From an uncultured Chloroflexia bacterium (GTDB lineage Bacteria > Chloroflexota > Limnocylindria > QHBO01): a stretch of 64,000 bases of DNA. Shown piece by piece: positions 57,085 to 64,000 of the stretch. The translations under genes and the position numbers were made by a program. Location: assembly GCA_963825525.1 (NCBI GenBank), contig CAWGTN010000002.1:1536001-1600000 (forward strand). The letters run 5' to 3'. Every line of letters starts with the position of its first letter. The stretch's first letter is position 1. The notes under the pieces were generated by a model. That model was not told the origin of the DNA. It searched no databases and was given only the letters and a program-made list of their open reading frames with translations.

Positions 57085-58026
57085 ATGGCGGGCATGCAGC
57101 GAACCGCCACCATCGTCATCGGCTTCGTGGTCCTGGTCGTCCTCGGTGTCATCGCCTTCGTCATGTTCGCTGGCGGCCGCGACGCGACGCCTTCCCCTTC
57201 GCCATCGGCGTCGGCCTCATCGGTACCGAGCGCCTCGGCCGAGCCGTCGTTCAATGCCGAACTGCTCGACCGCCGCTGGACCGTCCTCTACGTCGGGACC
57301 GATCTCAACGAGCGCCGCGAGGGAGAGGGCGGCGAGCCGAACACCGACGCATTGATGCTCGTCAGCCTGTCCGCCGATGGGTCGCGGCTGACGCTCGTCT
57401 CGCTGCCGCGCGACACGGTGGATGTTCCGCTCGCCGATGGCGGGACGTGGGACGGAAAGGTGAACAGCATCTACCTTCGCGACGGGATGGAGACGCTGGT
57501 GGGAGCCATGGAGGCGACCTTCGGCGTACCGATCGATGGCCACGTCCTGCTGGACATGGACGACTTCTCTCGGCTGGTGGACGCGGTCGGGTCGATCGAG
57601 GTCTCGCCGCCCGGCCCGGTCGTCGATCCGATCGTCAACCTGGATCTGGCGGCCGGCGACCAGGAGCTGGATGGTCCGCAGACCCTCGGATACGTCCGCA
57701 CGCGGGTCGACCAGGACTACGGCCGGATGGGGCGCCAGCAGGAGGTGCTCGTGTCGCTGGTCTCGAAGTTCCTGGACCCGGCCACCGACGTCGACCTGCG
57801 CGCCGTCCTGGATTCACTCGACTCGCTCGAGACGGATCTGCCGCTCGATGACCTGCCGACGCTCCTCGAGCTCGCTCGTCGAGCCTCGACCGCCGAGGTG
57901 GAGACGCTCGTCATCCAACCTCCGCTCATCACCTTCGCCGGAGATCGAAATGACGGGCGCGGGTACGTGCTCGAAGCCGATTTCGATGCCATCCGCGACG
58001 AGGTGGGGAACCTCATCGGCGACTGA
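57085..58026 (+). CDS. LCP family (LytR/CpsA/Psr) cell-wall polymer ligase
   Basis: N-terminal TM, VLYVGTD, NTDALML, SLPRD, KVNS.Y, YVRTR..QDYGRMGRQQ. Confidence 0.9.
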   Translation: MAGMQRTATIVIGFVVLVVLGVIAFVMFAGGRDATPSPSPSASASSVPSASAEPSFNAELLDRRWTVLYVGTDLNERREGEGGEPNTDALMLVSLSADGSRLTLVSLPRDTVDVPLADGGTWDGKVNSIYLRDGMETLVGAMEATFGVPIDGHVLLDMDDFSRLVDAVGSIEVSPPGPVVDPIVNLDLAAGDQELDGPQTLGYVRTRVDQDYGRMGRQQEVLVSLVSKFLDPATDVDLRAVLDSLDSLETDLPLDDLPTLLELARRASTAEVETLVIQPPLITFAGDRNDGRGYVLEADFDAIRDEVGNLIGD

Positions 58027-58029
58027 GGG

Positions 58030-58896
58030 TCAGGCGCAGCCGATGGCGTCGGCCGCGCGCGGCCAGCGTTCGACCCGATCCGTCGTGACCACGTAGGCCG
58101 CACGATTGGCCGGGGTGAACCACAGCTCGTCGCCGGCAGCGGTTCGATATCCGGTATACGTCGCGTCCTCCGGCAGGTCGACGTCATTGGCGTATGTGTC
58201 AAGGAGTCCCCGGTCCGCGACGACCCCGGATGGATCGCGGACGTACTGCGCGTCGAGGGTGCCGTCCGCGCGTTCGATGTGGAGGAATCGAGCGGTCTGG
58301 TGCTGGCAATGCGCCCAGCCGACGATGTCGGTGAGGATTTCGCCACTGGCCTCGTGGGTCCAGACGGTCGTCGTCGGCCCGAGATCGACCCCTCCGCCCC
58401 ACTCCGCGAGCCGGCAGGCCCGCACCTCCTCGATCAGGAAGCCGGTGGCGCGTCCCGGGAGGTCCTGCGGCGAGAACACGAGCACGACCTTGACGCGGTT
58501 CTCGTTCTCGTAGACGTAAAAATGCCGATCGCCGATGGCACCGAGCTCTCGATAGCCAGCCTTGGGAGCCGTGAGCGGGAACTCGCTGGACAGCCACGAC
58601 CGGAGGGCCACGTCAGGATCGTCGGCGGGCATTCCACCGAAGGCGCCGTCCTCCGAGCGACCACCCATCGTCGAGGGCTGGCCATCGCAGTCCAGCATCC
58701 CCAATGCGCCTTCGGCAAGCGGCTGGGACTCGGCCGGGGTCGGCGCATCGCTCGCCGACGGAGAGGGGACACATGCGGCCAACAGCACTGCGGCCACCAC
58801 CGCCAGCGTCGCAAGGGTCGCGAGGCCGGTGAGGCGATGCACGGAACCCTGACGTCGGGTGGCGGCACGGTGTTGCGGCCGTTGCACGGTCATCAC
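58030..58896 (-). CDS. Hypothetical lipoprotein
   Basis: Hydrophobic segment with lipobox LAAC, several Cys; start uncertain. Confidence 0.6.
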   Translation of the reverse strand: MMTVQRPQHRAATRRQGSVHRLTGLATLATLAVVAAVLLAACVPSPSASDAPTPAESQPLAEGALGMLDCDGQPSTMGGRSEDGAFGGMPADDPDVALRSWLSSEFPLTAPKAGYRELGAIGDRHFYVYENENRVKVVLVFSPQDLPGRATGFLIEEVRACRLAEWGGGVDLGPTTTVWTHEASGEILTDIVGWAHCQHQTARFLHIERADGTLDAQYVRDPSGVVADRGLLDTYANDVDLPEDATYTGYRTAAGDELWFTPANRAAYVVTTDRVERWPRAADAIGCA

Positions 58897-58937
58897 CGCT
58901 CCACGGGGGGACAGCAGTCGCTCGGGAGTCGCTGCTT

Positions 58938-59070
58938 GACAACCGCTCGCGTGATTCGCATTAGCGGGAGCGGACGCGCTCCGATGGCACCAACAGTCGA
59001 GTTTTCACGCTCGTGGACGGGGCGCGGGCCGCGGTTTTGCCGGCTAATGCGAACCAAGCGTGCAGTTGTC
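58938..59070. repeat. Inverted-repeat element copy 2 (28-bp arms, 77-bp spacer)
   Basis: GACAACCGCTCGCGTGATTCGCATTAGC ... GCTAATGCGAACCAAGCGTGCAGTTGTC. Confidence 0.9.
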
Positions 59071-59090
59071 CAATCGACGCTCGGCAACCT

Positions 59091-59212
59091 GACAACCGCG
59101 CGTGTGATTTGCATTAGGGCGGCTGTTGGCGGGGACGACCCGGCCGCCACGCACGAATAGGCGAGCCGGATGACGGCTCGACCGGCTAACGCGAACCAGG
59201 CGCGCACATGTC
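59091..59212. repeat. Inverted-repeat element copy 3 (28-bp arms, 66-bp spacer)
   Basis: GACAACCGCGCGTGTGATTTGCATTAGG ... GCTAACGCGAACCAGGCGCGCACATGTC. Confidence 0.85.
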
Positions 59213-59291
59213 GAGTGGGTCCATTGGATCCATTGGCGCCCTCGAGCGCCACGGACCGGTGGACAACGTGGGCAAGCTCGACCGACCCAGG

Positions 59292-60017
59292 TCAGGACTC
59301 GGAGCTGTCTCCAGAGCCCTGGTCGGTATCGGCGCTGTCGCCGCCGGCACCTTCGCCGCCGGCACCCTCGCCCTCGGCGGCACCCTCGGCACCACCCTCG
59401 CCCTCGGCACCCTCGCCCTCGGCGCCCTCGGCGACGACCGGCTCTGGCTCCTCCTCAACTCGCGGCGGGACCACGGTCGAGACCAGGGTGTCGGCGTCGG
59501 TGAGGACGTGGACCAGGTCACGATTGAGGTTGAGGTCGCGCACGTGGATCGCGACGTCCAGGCTCTTGAGCACGGAGACGTCCACCGTGATCTCATGCGG
59601 AATGTCGGTCGGCAGGGCCTTGACGTGGATGCTCGAGACGTTGTGCAGGAGGGTGCCACCCGTCTCCTCGACGGCCGGTGCCACGCCCACGAACACGAGT
59701 GGTACATCGACTTCCATCTCGACCTTGAGGTTCACGAGGTAGTAGTCGACGTGGAGGGCCTGGCCGCTCAGCGGGTGACGCTGGACGCTCTTGATGAATC
59801 CGCTGGTGCTGCGGCTGGATCCGGGAAGGCGAAACTTGACGACCGATGTCTTTCCCGCCGCGCGGTACAGGACCTCGAAGGTCTTCGCGTCCACCTGGAC
59901 GTTGGTCGAATCCTCGCCCTTGCCGTAGACGACGCCCGGAACGAGGCCGCCGCGACGCAGGCGCTTGTTCGCCTTACCCTGCGCTTCACGCGCGTCGAGG
60001 GTGAGCTCCAGGTCCAT
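59292..60017 (-). CDS. rplY: 50S ribosomal protein bL25 / Ctc
   Basis: KRLRRGGLVPGVVYGKG, VQRHPL...LHVDY, VPLVFVG.AP...GG, ALPTDIP, acidic tail. Confidence 0.95.
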   Translation of the reverse strand: MDLELTLDAREAQGKANKRLRRGGLVPGVVYGKGEDSTNVQVDAKTFEVLYRAAGKTSVVKFRLPGSSRSTSGFIKSVQRHPLSGQALHVDYYLVNLKVEMEVDVPLVFVGVAPAVEETGGTLLHNVSSIHVKALPTDIPHEITVDVSVLKSLDVAIHVRDLNLNRDLVHVLTDADTLVSTVVPPRVEEEPEPVVAEGAEGEGAEGEGGAEGAAEGEGAGGEGAGGDSADTDQGSGDSSES

Positions 60018-60223
60018 CGGTCGTGGTGATCCTCTCTGTTGGTCGGGCGCCTCAGACGTCCCGATCGGGGCGGCGGGCAGCGCCGAACGTTGAAATGCGC
60101 TCTTGCGTGCGAGGCGGAATGGTACCGCGACCGCCGCCCGTGGGCAAGCCGGCGTCCCTGCACGTTGCTGGTTCTTTATCGGGCCATCACCGGCCCGTCC
60201 GCCATCGTTCCTATACTGCCGCC

Positions 60224-60922
60224 ATGCCCGGCACCATCATGATCGTCGAGGATGAACCAGCCGTCGCGCGCGGCGTGCAGGTCGCGTTGGAGCGCGAAGG
60301 CTATGCCGTCAGCGTCCAGCCCACGGGCGAGGATGCCCTGACCGCCTTCGCCGATGTCTCCCCCGACCTCGTCGTGTTGGACGTTCGCCTGCCCGGCATC
60401 GACGGTTTCGAGGTCCTCCGTCAGCTTCGACGCGAGACGCGCGCGCCCGTCTTGTTCCTGACCGCACGATCGGACGAGGTGGACAAGGTCGTCGGCCTCG
60501 AGATGGGCGCCGATGACTACCTCGTCAAGCCATTCAGTGTCCGCGAGCTGGTCAGCCGCATCAAGGCGCTGCTGCGCCGAGCCTACGGCGAGCTCGCCGA
60601 TACCGAAACCGGTCGGACGATGCGGCGCAAGAACCTCGTCATCGACCTGGAGCGCAGGCGCGTCACGCGGGATGGCGAGCGCATCGGCCTCACCACCACG
60701 GAGTTCGACCTCCTTCGTCACCTGGCGACCCGCCCGGGACGGGTGTACACGCGCGGACAGCTGCTGGAGCTCGTTCGGGATTACGACGACGCCCTGGAGC
60801 AGGACGAGCGGACCATCAACGTCCACATCAGCCACATCCGCGAGAAGATCGAGCCCGATCCCAGCCTTCCCCGCTACATCCGCACGGTGAGGGGCGTTGG
60901 CTACGCATTCGCCGAGGACTGA
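60224..60922 (+). CDS. OmpR/PhoB family response regulator
   Basis: IVEDE, VLDVRLP, LTAR, GADDYLVKPF, winged helix ending IRTVRGVGY; TATACT 6 nt before ATG (leaderless). Confidence 0.95.
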   Translation: MPGTIMIVEDEPAVARGVQVALEREGYAVSVQPTGEDALTAFADVSPDLVVLDVRLPGIDGFEVLRQLRRETRAPVLFLTARSDEVDKVVGLEMGADDYLVKPFSVRELVSRIKALLRRAYGELADTETGRTMRRKNLVIDLERRRVTRDGERIGLTTTEFDLLRHLATRPGRVYTRGQLLELVRDYDDALEQDERTINVHISHIREKIEPDPSLPRYIRTVRGVGYAFAED

Positions 60923-62468
60923 GCCCGAGCTTCCCGAGTCGCCCAGCCGGCTGCACCTGCCCAGCGGATGGACCGCCTTCTTTCAGCGCCTGAACACGCG
61001 GCTCGTCCTGGCAATCGCCTCGGTCGCCCTGGTCGGGCTGATCGTCTCGGCCCTGGCGATCAACCAGATTCTGCCGGGGTACTTCGCGGAACAGACGAAC
61101 GAGCGCCTCGGGGCGGCCGCGGTCTCGAGCGGGCTCCTCATGATCCAGACGGCGGCCGACGAGATCGCCAACAACCGGGAGGGGGTGGTGACGACGCCCG
61201 AGCTGCGCGCGCGATTCGTCGTGCAAAATTCGATCGTCTTCGCCACGCGATACATGCTGCCCGCGACGTATGCCGTCTACGACGAGTCGGGTGCGCGCGT
61301 TGCCCAGACCGGCCCCGAGGACACGGCACAGCTGGAATCGCAGGGCCTGCGCGTCGATCCGGCCACGCCCGTGAGGGCCGAGGTACCCATCGAGCTGCCG
61401 AACGGCGACAGCGTGAAATACGTCATCGAGGTCTCACGGCCGTACACGTCGCGTGCCGCCACCCTCGACCGGATCCGCTCGGCCATCGTGGGTGCCGGCG
61501 TGCTGGCCCTCGTGGCGGCGGCCGTCTTCGGTGTGGTCGCCGCCCGCCGGGTCACCGCGCCCATTCAACGCCTGCGGAGAGTTGCCAGCCGATTCGGCCA
61601 GGGAGATCTCGACGAGCGAGCGACGACGTCGGGCGTGCTGGAGGTCGACGAGCTGTCGGCCCAGTTCAACATCATGGCCGACCGACTGGCCGGAACGTTG
61701 CGAATGCTGGAGGCCGACCGCGACCGACTCCGCGAATTCGTCGCGGACGTCAGTCATGAGCTTCGAACCCCGATCGCCGCGCTGCGCATGTACAACGAGC
61801 TCCAGCGCGACGGAAAGGTCGACGAGCCGACCCGGAGCGAGTTCCTCGAGCGATCGACCGAGCAGATCGGGCGGCTGGAGTGGCTCAGCACCAACCTCCT
61901 CGACCTGTCGCGCATCGACGCGGGGATCTTCCCGCTGGATATGCGTGACGGCGACCTGCGGGACCCCGTTCAGGCGGTCGTGCAGGCGCTGAGCGAGGTG
62001 GCGGTCGCTCGCCAGATCGGCCTCACCAGCTCGGTGCCCGCCGAGCCGGTCGAGCTGCGGTTCGACCGGGAGCGGATTGTCCAGCTCATGACGAACCTCG
62101 TCGGCAACTCCCTGAAGTTCACCCACGCGGGCGGCGGCGCCTCGGTCTCGCTCCTCTCCGACCCGGAAGGCGATGTGGCCACGATCGAGGTCCGCGACAC
62201 CGGCCCGGGGATCCCGCCGGATGAGCTGCCGCGCGTCTTCGAGCGGTTCTACCGCGGGACGAACACCGGAGATGCTCGGGCGTCGGGTAGCGGCCTGGGC
62301 CTTGCCATCGTGCGCTCGATCGTGGATATGCACGGGGGTGACATCGACGTGGCAAGCGTTGCGGGAGAGGGTACGGTCTTCCGTATCACACTCCCGCGCG
62401 TGCTGGACAACGTCAACGAAACTTCACGCGGCGTGGTTCCTGCACGCAATGGACCCGAATTACCGTGA
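60897..62468 (+). CDS. HAMP-domain sensor histidine kinase
   Basis: Two TM, HAMP, SHELRTP, NLVGNSLKF, DTGPGI, GSGLGLAI; start uncertain. Confidence 0.92.
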   Translation: MATHSPRTEPELPESPSRLHLPSGWTAFFQRLNTRLVLAIASVALVGLIVSALAINQILPGYFAEQTNERLGAAAVSSGLLMIQTAADEIANNREGVVTTPELRARFVVQNSIVFATRYMLPATYAVYDESGARVAQTGPEDTAQLESQGLRVDPATPVRAEVPIELPNGDSVKYVIEVSRPYTSRAATLDRIRSAIVGAGVLALVAAAVFGVVAARRVTAPIQRLRRVASRFGQGDLDERATTSGVLEVDELSAQFNIMADRLAGTLRMLEADRDRLREFVADVSHELRTPIAALRMYNELQRDGKVDEPTRSEFLERSTEQIGRLEWLSTNLLDLSRIDAGIFPLDMRDGDLRDPVQAVVQALSEVAVARQIGLTSSVPAEPVELRFDRERIVQLMTNLVGNSLKFTHAGGGASVSLLSDPEGDVATIEVRDTGPGIPPDELPRVFERFYRGTNTGDARASGSGLGLAIVRSIVDMHGGDIDVASVAGEGTVFRITLPRVLDNVNETSRGVVPARNGPELP

Positions 62469-62514
62469 GGTTGCCCGCCCGGCGAGGCAACCCCCAGCAG
62501 GAAGACACGAACGC

Positions 62515-63795
62515 ATGACGAACGAAGATCCGACCACACAACACGATCCTGACCAGACCCAGCCCGTCGAGGTCCAGAGCTACGGGCCGCCGTCTGCACG
62601 CGATCCGTGGCGCAGCGAGCACGGTCCGACCACGAATTGGTCCAGCCGCCAGCCTCGAGCCGCGACCGCACCGGCCCGAAGCGGGCTCGCCACACTGCCC
62701 GTCGTCGCCATCGCGATCGTGGCCGGCATCGTCTCCGGGGGCCTTTCGGCGCTCGCCGTGTCGAACATGGCGCAGGAGCCGGTCTCAGCGGTGACGGACG
62801 CGACCCCGACCCCGGATGCCGACAGTGTCAGTGATGTGAGGCTCGACGAGTCGAGTGCCGTCATCGACGCCGTGAACCAGGTGGCGCCGGCGGTGGTCAC
62901 GATCCAGGCATCGGGGGGCGGCCTCCTGGGCAACGCCAGCGGAACGGGCTCCGGGTTCATCTTCGATGCGGACGGCTGGATCCTCACCAACCGCCACGTA
63001 GTCCAGGATGCCAACGAGCTGACCGTGGTGCTGAGTGACGGCCGCGAGTTCCCGGGCGAGACGTACGGCGTGGACACGCTGACCGATCTGGCGATCGTGA
63101 AGATCGACGCGACGGATCTGCCGGTCGCCGCCATTGGCAGCTCGGCGCACCTGGAGCCAGGACAGGTGGCCATCGCCATCGGCAATCCGTTCGGCTACGA
63201 CAACACGGTCACGACCGGCGTCGTCTCCGGCCTCGGACGGCAGATCACGGCCGCCGATGCGACCCAGACGAGCGCCGAGACGCTGAACAACCTCATTCAG
63301 ACCGACGCGGCCATCAACCCCGGAAACTCCGGAGGGCCGCTGGTCAACAGCGCGGGCCAGGTCATCGGCGTGAATACGGCGGTGAACCAGAATGCGCAGG
63401 GCGTTGGCTTCGCGATCCCAATCGATGTGGCCAAACCCATCCTGGAGCAGGCGCTGGCCGGACAAGAGCTGATGCGCCCGTGGATCGGCGTCTACTACGT
63501 GCCGGTCACCCCGGCGCTCGCCGCGGAACAGGATCTCTCGGTTGACCACGGTGCACTCATCGGGTCGGCGTCCGGCAGCGGCCAGGCGATCTTCCCGGGG
63601 AGCCCGGCGGAAGACGCCGGACTGCGTGCCGGCGACATCATCGTGGCGGTGGACGGGACCCAGGTCGGCAGCGACGCGGACCTGTCGACGCTGATCCTGC
63701 CGCATGCCCCCGGCGACACGATCACCCTGCGCGTCCTGCGGGACAACTCGGTGACCGAGATCGACGTCACGCTCGGGGAGCTCCCGGCGGGCTGA
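62515..63795 (+). CDS. htrA: HtrA/DegP-family serine protease with PDZ domain
   Basis: TM anchor, GSGFI, LTNRHVV, DLAIVKI, QTDAAINPGNSGGPLVN, PDZ GSPA..AGLRAGDII. Confidence 0.93.
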   Translation: MTNEDPTTQHDPDQTQPVEVQSYGPPSARDPWRSEHGPTTNWSSRQPRAATAPARSGLATLPVVAIAIVAGIVSGGLSALAVSNMAQEPVSAVTDATPTPDADSVSDVRLDESSAVIDAVNQVAPAVVTIQASGGGLLGNASGTGSGFIFDADGWILTNRHVVQDANELTVVLSDGREFPGETYGVDTLTDLAIVKIDATDLPVAAIGSSAHLEPGQVAIAIGNPFGYDNTVTTGVVSGLGRQITAADATQTSAETLNNLIQTDAAINPGNSGGPLVNSAGQVIGVNTAVNQNAQGVGFAIPIDVAKPILEQALAGQELMRPWIGVYYVPVTPALAAEQDLSVDHGALIGSASGSGQAIFPGSPAEDAGLRAGDIIVAVDGTQVGSDADLSTLILPHAPGDTITLRVLRDNSVTEIDVTLGELPAG

Positions 63796-63820
63796 GAGGG
63801 GGCCGCCAGGCTCGAGAAGG

Positions 63821-64000
63821 CTAGGGGAGGCGGCGCCGCAGAAGCGCCGCCTCCACCGTATCGAACGGTCCGCCGATCGGAGCCTGCGGCTTGCGGACCC
63901 GGACCTCCACGGCGTCGACCACGGTGGCGTCCGTGGCTGCCAGCACCGCTCGCGCGATGGCGCTGGCCAAGGCCTCGATAAGTGCGAAGGACGGTCCTTC
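63821..64000 (-). CDS. folB: Dihydroneopterin aldolase, C-terminal part (5'-truncated by window)
   Basis: Manual translation EGPSFALIEALASAIA...VEVRVRKPQAPIGG matches FolB LIE.LA / V.V.KP.AP motifs. Confidence 0.85.
   Translation of the reverse strand, partial: EGPSFALIEALASAIARAVLAATDATVVDAVEVRVRKPQAPIGGPFDTVEAALLRRRLP

Noticed and set aside
58938-59212. CRISPR array or integron attC sites
   Set aside because: Arms alternate in inverted orientation, spacers are 66-77 bp and no cas genes are present. Ends (TGACAAC/GTTGTCC) do not fit RYYYAAC/GTTRRRY, arms are equal in length with no extrahelical bases, and no integrase is present. Kept as an unclassified repeat.
59335-59435. Short imperfect tandem repeats (GCACCCTCGCCCTCG-like)
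   Set aside because: They encode the ordinary low-complexity Glu/Gly/Ala tail of bL25
62412-62427. Possible response-regulator direct repeat (GTCAAC-N5-TTCAC) upstream of htrA
   Set aside because: Only a weak two-unit match inside the kinase coding region; cannot be supported without comparative data
1-64000. Many long antisense or overlapping ORFs in the six-frame track (e.g. 36038-region +760 aa, 27805 +639 aa, 19072 +574 aa)
   Set aside because: Typical high-GC shadow ORFs opposite well-supported genes, with no recognisable motifs

Overview
High-GC (roughly 70% by eye), densely coding bacterial chromosome segment. Gene content (sortase, LCP protein, tmk-darA, Ycf45-like ATPase, pgsA/ino1/pimA lipid genes, no outer-membrane genes seen) suggests a monoderm, plausibly Chloroflexota rather than Actinomycetota; this is inference only. 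No transposase, integrase, phage gene or CRISPR array was found. Contents in order: ABC/GNAT locus; an ArsR-led phosphatidylinositol-mannoside-like lipid operon; ABC/MFS transporters; an atypical sortase; otsB/otsA; a complex I (nuo) cluster; a Rox-like monooxygenase behind a rifamycin-associated-element (RAE)-like palindrome; darA-tmk; pdxST; cca, deoC-like, galE; zip-fur; DEAD helicase; a glucosylglycerate cluster; an ECF sigma locus; tRNA-Thr(CGT); rplY; a two-component system with htrA; partial folB. The standout is complex I. nuoI is split in two: its N-half is fused to a degenerate NuoE and its C-half to a NuoG-N/GltD-like (NADPH-type) flavoprotein, with a degenerate NuoF between them. 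It looks as if an alternative electron-input module was inserted into the middle of nuoI. Other notable signals: at least five probable CTG start codons, a dispersed 28-bp-arm inverted-repeat element with variable spacers (3 copies), and several intact ORFs with substituted catalytic residues (sortase Cys>Ser, DeoC Lys>Val, ligase Lys>Leu, ABC Walker A lost).
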